Source of the DNA: Amoebidium appalachense
Taxonomy: Eukaryota; Protista; Ichthyosporea
Direction of reading: 5' to 3'
Length of the DNA: 64,000 nucleotides
Assembly (NCBI GenBank): GCA_963693365.1
Contig: CAVNZM010000007.1
Coordinates: 7,809,962-7,873,961 of the forward strand
Shown: piece by piece, positions 1-31,486 of the stretch
How positions within the stretch are numbered: the first letter of the stretch is position 1
Layout of the letters: each line of letters opens with the position of its first letter
Position numbers and translations under genes: made by a program
The notes under the pieces: model-generated
Databases searched by the model: none
The model's input: only the letters and a program-made list of their open reading frames with translations
Told to the model about the DNA's origin: nothing

Positions 1-111
1 GATGGATCATGATGGAAGGGGTGCAATCATGATCCATCAGTCCATGGACAGAATTAGAAGAAGTATGATAAAATTCAAATCTATCTGATATATATATATA
101 TATATATATAG

Positions 112-142
<31 letters not shown>

Positions 143-167
143 GTTACATACGTTCAGATCATGATAC

Positions 168-428
168 CTCATGATCATGAAGCTGATCAAGAAGAAGGTC
201 AAGTTTAAGCACGCCACCACGCGAGCAGCCGCTTGCCTAGCTATATTAGGGTCATGTACTGTTTGGACCCCCGTCGACCCCCCCCCCCCCCCACCTCCTT
301 TCCCCCTCCCCCCAACCACCACCACCACCACCACCATCGTGACCACCACCACCGGCCACCACTGCACCACCACCACGTGCACCCGTGACCACGTAGATAC
401 CATCATTTTAAATAATATATATATATAT

Positions 429-462
<34 letters not shown>

Positions 463-701
463 GAGAGAGAGAGAGAGGGGGGGGGGGGTGATGATGACCC
501 CCCCCCTCCCCCCCTCCCCCCCCCCCCAAAAAAAAAAAACAATGTTAACAACAACCGTCACACCATGTCCACCCAGACCCATGGTTAACGTGATACCTCG
601 ACGCATTGGCCGTGCTTGGGGATGAATTGGTGCCCGACCGTCACTGCCAGTGTTGACTGAGTGATAGTGGTGGTGGTGGTGGTGGTGGTGGTGGTGGTGG
701 T

Positions 702-747
<46 letters not shown>

Positions 748-1333
748 GGGTCTGGGAGCTCGAGGAGGCCGGGCCCAAGCCTTCGGGTCTCGACTCGGAT
801 ATAAACACGCACACGCACAACACACATTGTCAAACACACACGTACACAGTAGTACACACATGTCACCCATAATGTCACACGCAAGCACACAAGCACGGAT
901 TCGAAGCACACACGCCGCACATGCACAGCCGTGCGCACGCATACGCGTACCGGCCGCAGTCACAGTGTCACACACACGCGCACACACACACATTAGACAG
1001 TGATATGATATGGAAAGAAAGACAGAGACACACAATAGTCAAGAGTCACGTCACGATCATCAGCCACCCCCGGCACACATCATTTCTTTGTGACAGACAG
1101 AGACGCACCACACAGACACAGACACGCACACACACACACACTGGCGCACATGCACACACATACACACCGTTGTGCTAACACGCACACGTGTGTGACACGT
1201 GTGTGTACAGTGTGTGTGTGCGTGCATGTGTGTCATGTGTGTGCGCACACGGTGCACATGTTTGACAAAGTTTGACAAAGATAATGGTGGTGGTGGTAGT
1301 GGTGGTGTGCGTGTGCGTGTGTGTGCGCATTTC

Positions 1334-1385
<52 letters not shown>

Positions 1386-1434
1386 GGGGGAGGAGGACTA
1401 GGACAAGACCAGGACATGTACATAGCCTCTCCAT
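168..1434 (-). CDS. Putative 5' exons of a gene running off the left edge (exons 1434-1422, 656-597, 240-168); possible type II membrane protein
   Basis: GT-AG joins are phase-consistent and give MERLFNTGSDGRAPIHPQARPMRRARQAAARVVACLNLTFFLISFMIM (basic stretch, then hydrophobic segment). Two donors read AG|GTATCA. No homology recognised. Confidence 0.3.
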
Positions 1435-1707
1435 TTTTAGGAAAACATTCGACTGTATTTGAGATCTGCAATCACATTATATTCATGCCACGGGACTATC
1501 TATTAACTTCATACAAATCCGCACATTCACTGCACCACAAAAAATGGTGCCAAAGAGTCCTTACGTGTGCCACTAGTCTAGCTAAGAATACTGCATTTTT
1601 GTCACAAAATATTACATTCAAGCAGGGTATAGAGTACGTCCTGTCAATGATTTCAATGCCTGTCATTCGTACATACAACCACAATAGCCATCCCGCCCCC
1701 AGCCCCC

Positions 1708-1738
<31 letters not shown>

Positions 1739-2351
1739 AAAGAGCGCACAAGCATATGATATATCACGGTACCACACACAAACCATTCCCAATCCACAGC
1801 CACAGCCGACATAATAAGTCAAATCGAAAAGAATAGTGACAAAACATAGAAAACACGTGACTCCAGAAGAGGGTAAAAAAGGAAAAAGAAGAAGAAAAGG
1901 TAGGTGTTTGTTCAAGCGTGTGTGCAAGTGTGTGCGAGTGTGAACGTCAGGTGAGTAATTAAGTAAGGGAGTGTGTGTGCCCGTGCCTGTGTGACACGAA
2001 GAAGGGGACTGGTGGGAGGGGGGGGGGGGAAGGGGGGGGGGGGGGGGTGGGGGGGGGTAAATCTACTAGTATACGTCATTCACTCGTTGCTATGATGCTA
2101 CGCAAACCAGGTCACAAAAAAAAGGGGGGGGGGGGGGGGGAGCGGATGTAAAGCCAATATGTGAGACCAAGAAGTAGCATACACACACCATTTTGGATAA
2201 GAACGAAGAGAGTGTACATGTACGCTAGAGCTGCGGATTGATTCCTAGCGAGAAATTGATTCCTATCTGATCCTCGTCATAAACACACAACCACACACAC
2301 ACCCTCTACCCTACACTTACACACACACACACACACACGCACACACGCGCG

Positions 2352-2418
<67 letters not shown>

Positions 2419-2444
2419 CCACACACACACCCACACACCACCAC

Positions 2445-2489
<45 letters not shown>

Positions 2490-2598
2490 TACAACATCCA
2501 CCACCACCATCACCACTACACACACACACACTATACCAACATTTTCTTCCCGATTCTTCTCGATCCTTCCCGGTTCTTCAGGGTTCCAGAAGGTTCGA

Positions 2599-6664
<4,066 letters not shown>

Positions 6665-8194
6665 GGTGCTAGGGAGCTCAGTGAGCTTTGCAGAAATGGA
6701 ATTAAAGAAAAGGCTACACTAAAGCAAAAGTGTAGCTAAGTATATATAGACGGATAACCAGTTTGATCGTCCAGAAAGTGTAAGGTAGAAAATGCTTGAA
6801 TATGCCCCAAGCCGGGAAGTGGACTCCGGGAGTAAGTAAGGAAACTTGGCAACAGTGCAGCATAGACTCTTAGAGAATAGTCTGCAATTTTGCGTCTCAA
6901 TCTATATAGTGTCAGGATTTGTCGCCTGCAAATGTAACGTAAAAGGCAGATGGTATGTGGTATTGACTCTTCACCTCTTGGATGGATTACATCATCCTTT
7001 CGCACCGACCCACACATTGTTACCACACACGAAAATCTTCGCCATCACCGGCATGTTCAACGCTTTCCTCTCAGGTTTAATTTTATTGCAGCAATAGTAG
7101 CAAAGAATAAGAGAGAAACAAAGAAAAGGTGTGTCCTGTTCCCCTGTGCTCTTCCAATTCATTCACCTTCCACCTCCCTCCCTCCCTCCCTCTCTCCCAC
7201 TCTCTCCCTCCCTCTCCGTCTCCCTCCCCCCCTCCCTCCCTCCCTCCCTCATGATCCCCCACTCGCTTGTTTTTTTATGAAACACGAATTCTTGTTACAA
7301 GTGCATCTTTGACTTTTTTTTGTTCTTTTTACGAGCAATCGTTGCTCGCTAAACGCCGACCCAACCTATTTCGCTTTCTCCATTGGTGCATGATGACCAT
7401 GATCATGCACCGGTTTTCCATGCCCCAGCCAACCGTCTTTACCAATGGGTTTGAGCGCATGGTCATTTTTTTTTACATTTAGGATGAATTTAACACAAAC
7501 ATTCCTCGGTATATATATTCGAGATCTAGTGCCGAAACAACGTGTGATCATGAAGCCTGTGTTTATGTGGCTCAACCAAGCACACAGCTTTGCCTGTTAA
7601 AATAGAAAAGAGAAGGGGGATGGGGGAGTGGGGGGGGGGGGGGGGAGGGAGGAGGAAGTGGGGTTAAGGGGGGAGGGGGCGGGCAGGTGAAGGGGGAGAA
7701 GATGTATGTGGGGAGACACCAAGGAAATGATTGCATTGGTTTGGTGGGGAAGGGGGGGAGGCCGTTTGGGGTTGGGAGGGGACGACGAGGAGGGGAGGGG
7801 GTGGAGGGGGGGGGGGGGGGGGGGGGGGGGGAGGGAGGGAGGGAGGATACATGTAATGAAGTGGGTAGGAGTCGTCAGGGAGGGGGGTGGTTAGGTAGAT
7901 ATAATCGGTTGTATTGTTGATACATGAACAATTTGGAGAGCCAAGGCGCCGATCAGAAATGTTGTTTGGCCATGAGAAATTACTGATGGCTAGGAAGACG
8001 AGGGGGTGCTTTGATGCAAGTGAAGAATATGAGTCCCCCCCCCCCCCCCCTCCCCTCCTCCCCCCCCCCCCCCCCCCCTCTTCTCTCTCCGACCCCTTTC
8101 CCCCATCTTTGTGTGTGACGTGACCCCTGTTGGCACTAAAGAAACACGACAAATTTCATACTACTACTAATTTTTTTCTAAGTTGTTGTTGTGC

Positions 8195-8280
<86 letters not shown>

Positions 8281-8813
8281 CTGTGTGTGGCCTGTGTGTG
8301 TGTGTGTGCCTGTGTGTGTGCCTGTGTGTGTGTAGGCCATGACATGTATATGGTGTTTGGGGCGGTAGTTAACTCTCTTCTGGGAAGGCGAGCATGTTAT
8401 TATTATTCTAGACAGGCAAGCTTTTTGTCCTATGCTGGTGTAGTTAGAACCGCCCGGTCGACTATTCAGGCAGTTGTATTTCACAGGCTTCAAATAGTGG
8501 ACATAAATTGCCCTGACTCTGCTCGCAGAGCGTATGGTCGTGCCCCTCCCCCCCCCCCCCCCCTCCCCCCCTCCCCTCCCCCTCCCCCCAACACACACAT
8601 GCACACAAAAAAATCTGACTAAACTATATACCTATCTACATATGTGTCCGTCTTTTTTTCTTTGTTTCCGTCTGTCGATTCATGCATCTATCTATCACTT
8701 GCTGGCCGGGGAGACGGGCGAGGTGAGGGGTTTTGGCTGAACCATGCTGTTTTTATTGTAAAGAGACTGACATTGCACCACTGCAGCGTGCTTTCGCGTA
8801 AACGACGTTTATC

Positions 8814-20081
<11,268 letters not shown>

Positions 20082-20638
20082 ACCAACTTATGAATAGTAC
20101 TATCATTAGGGGTGGTAGATATGAGCTGTGGCGCGCGTTACCTGCGAGGTTTTATGTTTACCAGATATGCGAATGTGGGGGAGGAAGGGAGGCGGGGTGG
20201 AGGGGGGGGGGGGGCTATGCAATGAAGGAGCGGGAGGGAAGTTGAGTGTTAACACCATATAGGGGTTGATTACAGACATTTATTGAATAACATATTGATC
20301 ACCTATCAGCCATTCTCACCCGCTATTGGTTTCCTCGTAGTCTGGCTTGACAGCACTTCTACATAATAATATTCCACCGTGGCCTCGATGATTGACAAAA
20401 ACATACAGTCTGTGTTGTTTTTCCTGTACATATGAACTTCTTCTTGTGCGGCTGTGCGGAGTCACTGGGCACGTGTGGGCGGGACCATCAGAAAAACTGA
20501 ATGTAATTCACGTAATTACATGAATTGAACTACAGATCTATATCCCTATCCCCTGATTACGTAAAAACTATGTATCTATATATCCCCGGGTCCGGCCATA
20601 CGGAGTTTTAGGTGGTGCCGCCAACAGGGGCATGGATC

Positions 20639-22869
<2,231 letters not shown>

Positions 22870-23215
22870 CCTTTGTTGAAGACACGCGCACTAACTAGCT
22901 CAAAGCGTCGCATCCGGTGCGGACGGTCCACAAGTAATCCCCACCTTCGGTGTCCTTCCTATTTAAAAATACCACATAAACATACCTAGATCTAAAACAT
23001 GTGTTGACTAGGACACCCAAGGCATCACATGAAACCCTGCACGACGCTCTAACGTCTGCTTGATGACCCCGCCATTTGATTATCGTTGAAGATGACTTAC
23101 AATCTTCGGGCGTGAAAATGGAAAAGGCGCCAGGTCGCCGGATGCACCTCTAAGATTGATATTCCCTTGACGAATTCTTGCATCAATACCCCTCCGTTCA
23201 AAAAAATGATTTTCA

Positions 23216-23443
23216 TCACTTGTCCTTTTTCGCTTCGACAGCCTCAGCAGCCTCCTTCTCCGCCTTCTCCTTCTTCACAGCCGCCTCCTTTTTATCCAGC
23301 TCGTCCAGTTTGGGCAGAATGAAGTATAGGGCAATGAGAATGGCAATCCACGAAACGATGAAAACCTTGAACTGGCCATAAACACGTTCGTTGCTCTGGA
23401 TGGCAGTCCAGGCAGCCTGCACTTTCTCAACTATGACGTCCAT
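23216..23443 (-). CDS. Small single-pass membrane protein (75 aa) with a charged K/E/A-rich tail
   Basis: Non-repetitive ATG-TGA ORF. Its codons are C/G-ending like those of the other genes here. One hydrophobic segment, VFIVSWIAILIALYFIL. Confidence 0.7.
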   Translation of the reverse strand: MDVIVEKVQAAWTAIQSNERVYGQFKVFIVSWIAILIALYFILPKLDELDKKEAAVKKEKAEKEAAEAVEAKKDK

Positions 23444-25051
23444 TGTGATGTTGGCTGCGTATAGTGGGTATTAATGGCACTTCAAGGCTGTTGTATTTAT
23501 TATTATTGCCTTTTCGTTTTTCTTTCTGTTTCAATTCTTTGTTTTCACTTTGAGCATGCATGAGCATGTTGAACCTGCCACCCGGGGAGCGTAGCCCGCC
23601 ATTTTTCTTGCCAAGTCAGAGTCAAGCTTGTCCTGGGAACGCAGAAGCCAACAGATCCCGATAAGCTCCGATCAGATCTAAAGGGAGAATTTGATTGGAT
23701 AAAAAGCAGAAGCAGCCGAGGCTCAGACCGTCAGGCGGCGGGCCACCTCTCCCCACCCTGCCCCCCCTACCACCTACTGAGGCGGTGTCTCCTTTCCTTT
23801 TTTTTTTTGTTTTTTTTTTTTTACTTAAAGCCGCCTGAGTAGATGTTAAACGTCGCACGTGCGGCAACACGTCAGTACGTGTTAGCCTCCCCCCCCAACA
23901 ACAACCCAACAAGAAGCTGCCGAACCAGCAGCACGTGGCATGCATCAATTTTATGCATCAGACGGTGGTGGTTGTACATCATGATTGTGCCACATGCACG
24001 TCGTTTTTGTCCCCAATCAGTTACCGTTACGACTCCACCCACCCCTCCCACCCACCGGTACCCCTCCCTCGGGTCTTCCCTCAACCTTCAGCGGTAAACA
24101 AGCTGAGCTAGCGGCACGTAGTATGTACACATGAACTAACGTAACGCACATTCAGCTATTACAATAGTGTGGCTGTCACGTGCTGGGCAAGACGTAAGTG
24201 TGCAAAATAAACCGTCCAAAATGTACATGTACGGGTACACCGGTGTACACCTGTGCATGTTGGGGCTCAGCTTGAAGATGTCCTTATTTTGTCTAGAGCC
24301 AATATTTTTATTAGACCGACGTAGGTCTGTCTCTCCTTGCAGAAGGGGTTCCCACCTACAAGTTGGTCTCCTGGTATATGACCCTCTATACAACTTATAA
24401 ATCAGCATGCGGGCAAGTTAAGACAATAGTAGTTGTTGTCACCTGTGATGTCTTGATATATATGCGTATATTCCAGTAATAGCAGTAGATAAACACACTG
24501 CCAACATGTTCCTGGTTACAGTCAGCCTACATGCTCGAATATGATCCTTGCCAACGGTGTGGGGGTTTGTGTTCTGGCAGCGACACAAACACACGCCTCT
24601 CTCACACTGCACCAGTGTTGAGCTCCACAAGTAGTTATTTTTAGTGGGCCTTTCCTCCGAGTTTTGATCGCGGAGACCAGTTGTAGCAAGATTGAAATAT
24701 CCTAACCAGGTTTTATTTTTGCCCTGATAATCACTACATGCTGTGATCATTTCAAACCGTGTCATGTCATATTCATGTTCACACGCACACACACACACGC
24801 ACATACACGCGCGCGCGCACACACACACACGCGCGCGCACACACACACGCGCGCGCGCACACACCACACGCAGACACACGTACCACACGCACACACACGT
24901 GCGCGCGCATACACACACACACACACATGCACATGCACATGCACATGCACACACACACACACACACACATACATGCACACGCACATGCACCTACACATAT
25001 ACACATGACACATACACATACAACTAGTTGCCCCTGTACATATGGCGGAGC

Positions 25052-26089
25052 TTGCGAATCGAGGTGGGAAACTACTAGGATAGGTATGATATGTCATGAA
25101 TTCTAGAATTTTTTTTTCCCACCTTGCGAAAATCATGTCAGGTGGAGTTAGGGCATTTTATGTCATACAATAGCCTGTCCAATCATATTGATCTGTGACA
25201 CAAGAGGTATTTGCTTCCGATGGTTGATTGGTCCATGTGTTTGATTGGCTTCAAGCGTATAAAGAGACCTCGGCACTGGCAGTGACTGGTCCAATGCATT
25301 ACACACACGCTCACGGTTCGGTTCGGTTCGGTTCGACGTCCCAAACCGCAGTCTGAGCAGTTGGCGGTGTGGGCCGTGGCCGGAGAGATTTGGTCAGGCC
25401 GGGCCGGGGGAGGGGGCCGGAGGGGGAACGAGTAGAACAAGTTCGGGCGGGGAACTCACACCATCGTTCACTCCCCGTCGAAAACGGCTCTCCAAAAACA
25501 CTAACCACACACGCACAGGCACCCACACACACTTCTACATGTGCACAGGTAAACCCTCAGGGACACCTGCATGGCTCGACCGGTTTGAACCGACTCGCAG
25601 CGGCTCGGTTCGGTTCGACAACGCTAACCGCGGTCTGGCAGTTTGGACCGAAACGTTTTTGGATTGCACTGGTCAAAGTCGATGGCTGCCGTTGATTGGC
25701 CTATGGCTGTTGAGCTTATCCTCGTTATCACCTAATTAGTGCTACGATTGGTTAGATCTATTCCAAGAATGTTAGAAAGTGTATAAACGTTTAGCTATTG
25801 GTTACATATCATGTAAAGCGAATCCGCCTTCTTTCACATACCGCATTCCACCCAGCATGCCATCGGTCGAGGGGAATTGTAACCCTGCTAACTCACCTCA
25901 TCGTTTTGGGTGGAATGCGGGTGCCACCGGGTGGAATGCGGCTAAAAAAAAAGCCATAAAAGCAACGTGGCAAAGTAGAATGGTGCCTCTATTGTTTAGA
26001 AGTGACCAATCATATCGCCTGTTTACATAAATCCCTGGAGCATTAACGGGTAACGTTGAGGACCTAGTAGTTTCCCACCTGCTTCGCAA
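25052..26089. mobile_element. MITE-like element bounded by ~28-bp inverted repeats
   Basis: TTGCGAATCGAGGTGGGAAACTACTAGG (25052-25079) versus CCTAGTAGTTTCCCACCTGCTTCGCAA (26063-26089). Internal duplicated GGTTCGGTTCGAC...AACCGC blocks near 25315 and 25607. Confidence 0.6.
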
Positions 26090-26105
26090 CATGTGCAAAC
26101 CTAGA

Positions 26106-27241
26106 CCCGGCTAGGGTATCACGGTGATATTCAGGGGTGTCCTGGATACCTGATATATCTCGTGATAATCAGGTCCAGCTTGGGATGTATCCCGTGATAT
26201 TCAGGGAGGGGGCGCAAAAAGATATACCTTTTGGTATCCACCGAAGTGTGATATATCCTGGGCCAAGGAGCAAGATATATCCGGGCCTTTTTGTTTATGT
26301 TATCTATATGAAATGGCCACGTGGGGGACCTTACGGGCGAGATTTGATCTTGGTGAACTTCAAACGACCAATGTTGGCAAACAGATTATTTCCAAAATCA
26401 TTGTCCTAGCCATAAATGGGTAATTTTAACGGGAATTAGCCAATTATGCACCACTTGCACCTCCCCAGGGAGCAAACATTTCTCAAACAACATAAAGCGG
26501 CAATGAGTTATAGTATTGATTTTAAATTTATACATGATGAAGCTGAGGCAAAGCCTATGGTTGTACAATAAGGTGCATGAACAAGTACATATGCCGCATA
26601 GTGAACTTTGATATGCAATGTATCAGCGTGTTCATGTAGTATACGCACATAGCATGCATAGGCATATGCCATGGCCAGTTCAACACCAGCTCATCCGCAT
26701 CCTCAGCGCTGATGCGGCATGCACATAAATTTGGCCGGCCACATACAAATACTAATGGCTTAGCTTTGTAAAAGCAGATTTATACATTGCCTAAGTTCTG
26801 TAAAAGGGACTCACAACAGAAAGGTATATTTGGGCGTATACTCTGCCTTTGGTGAGAGATATACGTACGATAGGTTTGTTCAAAAGGCTAATTTGGCCGG
26901 GATACTTGTGTATGATATGATAATCAGGGGCTTGACGGGATACTTTTGATTTATCTTTTGATATTCACGACGTTTTCGGGATATGTTGTAATGATACTCA
27001 CCTGTTACTGGATAACTCGTGAAGTTTTAGTCGAATAAATCCAGTCAAAAGAATAAAAAGTTTTTATTGTCTTCTCAGTATGCCGTGCATACTTGCATAT
27101 CTTTCCGTCGAATAAATCCAGTCAAAAGAAAAAAAATGATACTCTCTCAGAAAAAAAGAGATATTCAGGGGGCTCAGGCGATATTTTCGTGATATATCCC
27201 GGTTGATACTCAGGGCTAAAAACAGGATATTTTCATAAGGG
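26106..27241. mobile_element. Possible non-autonomous DNA transposon (CCC...GGG ends, EnSpm/CACTA-like subterminal repeats)
   Basis: Starts CCCGGCTAG and ends TTTTCATAAGGG. GATATTCAGGG/GATATATCC/GATAATCAGG motifs cluster at both ends. No clear TSD. Confidence 0.4.
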
Positions 27242-28525
27242 CTGGCGCATCTTCGACCCTCCACTCCACCCATTGCGAGGCTTACCCCATGCAGGAAGAA
27301 TCATTGGGCAGAAAAATTATTTGAATCATTTTCGATTGGTTGCTTGGCAGGAATAGATGTCTCACCTATACTACTGTTGTGGGGTGTGTGTAGACGATGG
27401 CGACGAAACTTTTTCACCAAAAATCCGGTCAAGGTAATATTCAAAAATATTTTCGAGTTTCGTTTCTCAGCGTAACTGAAACAACGCACTCCTTCATATT
27501 AGATTAAAACTAATACTGGCTTGACACTGCTTTAATTTCTTTCTCCTCGTAGTGTGAAATACCTAAACACATAACATGAGAGCTGAAAGAGGTTTATAAT
27601 ATTCGCTTGAAATTTCTCAACACTAACTAACAGAGAGTTTTGGGAGGCCCGAGCAACGTTCCTATCAGTGTCAGATAGATCGGGGGCATTTGGTAATCCT
27701 AGGAGCAAGAATTTGAAATGTTGCTCTATAATTTGCCCGGGCATTGCAATTTAAGACAATTGCTTTGAGCTCAGCTCAAGTCTTCGTAAACTTTGTAAAA
27801 TAGGTCTTAGGTCGAACTTCTATATATTTCTATTCATCTAAATACTGCAAAAATGGTGATTACACTGATTAATCAAATTGATTTATGATAATGGTGACAC
27901 ACGGCCCCTTGGAAGTTCCGGAACTCGGAAAATAAAATAAGGCTACAAATTGTTTTTTGTAGGGTTCAAATGGCAATTCGAAGGCCCAGCATGGATTCTA
28001 GGGTGTCAAAAACCTTGCCATATATGGAGATTGCTAAAAGCACTGAAAAGAAGTGGGAAAGCGAAAAAGCAAATATTCGGTGAAAAAGGTGAATACAATC
28101 CCTTATCACAATAACCCTAATGGGTCTTACACACCTGCCGCAGCCAATATTTTTCTTAGGTAATGCACGATATAGATTTCTGGTATACTGTTTAAATTGG
28201 GGATAAATGTTGTTGTGACTCACAATATAATCATATTATTCCGAAACGATAGGTGTTTCGTAGGAGAACCAAAACCGGAATATGAAACAAAGGTAAGCGT
28301 TTTTTAACCGGTAACTGAAATCAGAAATCTATCTATTTGCCAATCAGATGCTAGCAAAGAACTCAATCTCCTGAATCGGCGAAAAGCCGCAACAACGTCA
28401 GAAGAAAAACACACCCGGACAACTCGCTCTGTGTCACTTTCTCCTGATCTGTTTATTTTCACACGTCCCCACTATTTTTCCACCTAAACCACTAGAAGAT
28501 TATCTGAGGCTGAAAGGTGTACAAA

Positions 28526-30625
28526 ATGGAGTCCGCCTCACCCGTTGCTGCGGCAGCGCCGTCCCCAACCGGGGCGGTACCCCCCGTCCCCTCATCCCCC
28601 AGTGGCTCTATGGCGACTGCCCCCGCCGTGCCCGCCCCGGGCCCTGCTCCCATGGCAGCCCCCGGTTCGACTATGGGCGGTGCCGGGATTCTCCCCTCTT
28701 CCACTATGAAGAAGGTGATCAATAACGCTACAGTGGAGGAAGATTGTGACACCATCTACAAGGCAGTCAAGGGCATTGGCACCAATGAGAGTGCCCTCAT
28801 TCGTGTGATCTGCCACCGCGACCACGAGACCCTTATGTTGGTGCGCGAACTCTACTTCACGAAGTACAAGCGCGACCTCGCGCGCCACATTGCCGACGAC
28901 ACCTCGTTTAATTTCAAGCAGATTTTGGTTGGTTTGACCACCCCGAGGCTTGAATGGATTGCACAGGAGCTGAAATGGGCTGTGAAGGGCCTGGGTACGG
29001 CCGAGGGTGCTATCATGGACTGTGTGGCCTTCCTCACCAACGAACAGCTGAAACAGGTCAAGGCTTTCTACCATGAAAAGTAAGGAAACTAACGTATATC
29101 CTTTATTCTTTCCTTCCCCTTCCCTCACTACTGCACTATTCCCCAGCCCTACACGTGCCTGAGGCCTGTGCTCTAGCAAAGAACGAAAGAAAAACTATGG
29201 TTCATATTCAGCCGTTCCTCCAACCAACTGATACCCCACCCCCTGTTGTCTGTGCAGTACCCAGCACCTTCATGCTTTGGCCTCTCTTTGCATTTCAAAC
29301 CATTGGGAAAAAACACAGGGAGGCAGCTTGGTTTGTGGCCATGGTTTGAAATGCGTGTGTATGCGTCTCTGAAGGTGTGTGTGTGTGTGTGGCCATGGAG
29401 GGAAGGGGGGGAGGGGGGGGGGGGGGGACGGGGGGGGAAAGGTGGGTAGAAGTATATAAAACAGAGGTAGCATAAGAAGAGGGATGTGACTCCTTTGCGG
29501 CAAGACGCAGAGGCATCCACAGACACACACACACACACACACACGGGGGCTCTTCTTCTTAATCTTTATCCACTGTGACAATAACACCACAGCAGCAACT
29601 TAGAAGTCATATTTGGACTCCGTGTTTTCTTCGGCTTCTAAAAGTCTTTACAGCTTCTACCGATAAGCTTCCTGCCCCCTTTACCCCCGTCCCCTCCAAG
29701 CTCTTATGCTACCTCAGTTTTATGTACTTCTACCAAGGCCTTCTAACTAGCCCTCCATGTAGGAGGCCTTGACTTCTACCCCCCTCCTTCCCCCCCCCCC
29801 CCCTCCCCCCCTCTCTCTCTCCTTCTCCCCGGCCCTTCCCCCCCGTCCCCCCTACCCCCCCCCCCCCCCTTTGGAGCGTCGTATATACGCGGGCTAAGGG
29901 GTCGAAACTCAGACGCAATTGATGACTTGGGCCCTCCCTGAGGATGGGCTCTGCTTATGACGCATACTGTGCGCATGGCTGATGCTGCATAGTTGAATGT
30001 TTGCCTTTGCATGTGTCCTGCACCATGCTTCTCATCGTGTATGCGTACTTCGTACTGTGTTCCGCATTCAAACCCCCCCCCCCCCTTTCCCCCCTTCCCC
30101 CGCCGCCTGCTCCTTCGGCCACACACAGTCACACAGACACACCTCCAGAAACACGTATACACACAGATGGATTCCTTCTCCACACAGATGGATTCCTTCT
30201 CCCTATACGTAGCTTATGCTGCCATTCTTCCCATCACCCTGAACACCCTCCCACTCACACCTCCGTTCTTTTTTACCTCACTTAGGTACAAGAAGACCCT
30301 TGAGGAGGCCATTGGTGGGGACACTTCCGGTAACTTCAAGCAGCTGGTGCTGACCATCCTGCGGTGCGACCGTGATGAGACGGACGCCAACATTGCGCAA
30401 GCAGAGGCCGATTCCGAAGAGCTTTACAAGAAGGGAGAGGGGCGATGGGGCACGGACATCAACTTCTTCATCAGCATTCTGACCAAGAGCAGCCGCAACC
30501 ACATTGTCGAGATGGACAAGTTCTACTTGGCCAAGCACAAGCGCAGCCTGCGCCAGGCCGTCAATGCCGAAACCTCGGGTGACTTCCGCCGTGGCCTCAA
30601 GGTACAGAACCACCCCCTCTCCTCT

Positions 30626-30668
<43 letters not shown>

Positions 30669-30973
30669 CGAGACGCAACCACACGTGCACACACTCTCCC
30701 TATCTCTCGTCTTCTCTCCCTCCTCGGGGCACAAACACCTTCCCCTTGGCTTCCCCTATCCCCAGGTCTCTTATATGGTGTAGATGCGCAAGTGGCAGCC
30801 CATTCCTCGCCGCAGCAGGCATTCACTCACTCGCTTTACTGTTTGGTGACCTGAGCGACCCCGAGGATGCCTAAGCTAAGAGCATGATGGTTGTCATATG
30901 AAACAAAGAATTGGGCAGTGGTGAGTTTGCTGAAGGAATACTGATTGCCTTAGGAGTTACATTATCCCCGGGG

Positions 30974-31025
<52 letters not shown>

Positions 31026-31210
31026 CGACCTCACACACTCTTGTTGTATTTGCATGTCTCTATATTTGGTACCGTACTTTTCCTTGTGTACCTTTTTGCA
31101 CCTCATGACGTCATTCTAACCCTTCCTCCTTCCCCCGACCCCCCCATCTCCCAAACCCCACCCCCACCCTTTACACGCACACACACAATATACACACCAA
31201 CCCACACGCG

Positions 31211-31256
<46 letters not shown>

Positions 31257-31486
31257 CGTTGGTCCTGACCAAGAAGGACTGGTGGGTTAAGCGTTTCCGC
31301 AAGGCCATCAAGGGAGCAGGCACGGACGACGACATTTTGATCCGCGGTCTTGTGCTTAACAACAAGGAAGAGCTCGAAGCAATCAACGATGCATACAAGG
31401 TGGCCTACAAGAAGTCTCTCGTGGAGGACATTCGTGGCGATACCTCGGGCGACTATCGTAAGGCCTGCCTGGCGCTGTTCGATTAG
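28526..31486 (+). CDS. Annexin with four repeats and a Pro/Ala/Gly/Met-rich N-terminus; exons 28526-29079, 30286-30601, 31256-31486; 366 aa
   Basis: Repeat motifs KGIGTNE, KGLGTAE, GRWGTD and KGAGTDD, each followed by a DTS(F/G)NF or (E/D)TSGD(F/Y) helix. GT-AG joins with phases 2 and 0. Confidence 0.95.
29445..29734. repeat. 33-bp inverted repeat pair in annexin intron 1
   Basis: GGTAGAAGTATATAAAACAGAGGTAGCATAAGA (29445-29477) versus TCTTATGCTACCTCAGTTTTATGTACTTCTACC (29702-29734); 2 mismatches. Confidence 0.8.
29878..30073 (+). mobile_element. Subfamily B copy of the poly(C)-terminated element (annexin intron 1)
   Basis: GTCGAAACTCAGACGCAATTGATGACTTGGGCCCTCCCTGAGGATGGGCTCTGC...CGCATTCAAA-(C)n; closely matches 51395-51585 and 59259-59428. 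Confidence 0.85.

Noticed and set aside
7053-7074. ATG TTC AAC GCT... as the SGF11 start
   Set aside because: It ends in phase 1 at a weak donor, and an in-frame TAA precedes ATG 8814. More likely a 5' UTR exon or uORF.
29917-29945. C/D-box snoRNA or SECIS (TGATGA...CTGA)
   Set aside because: The boxes are only ~15 nt apart, the C box is not conserved in subfamily A, and the sequence behaves as a truncated dispersed repeat.
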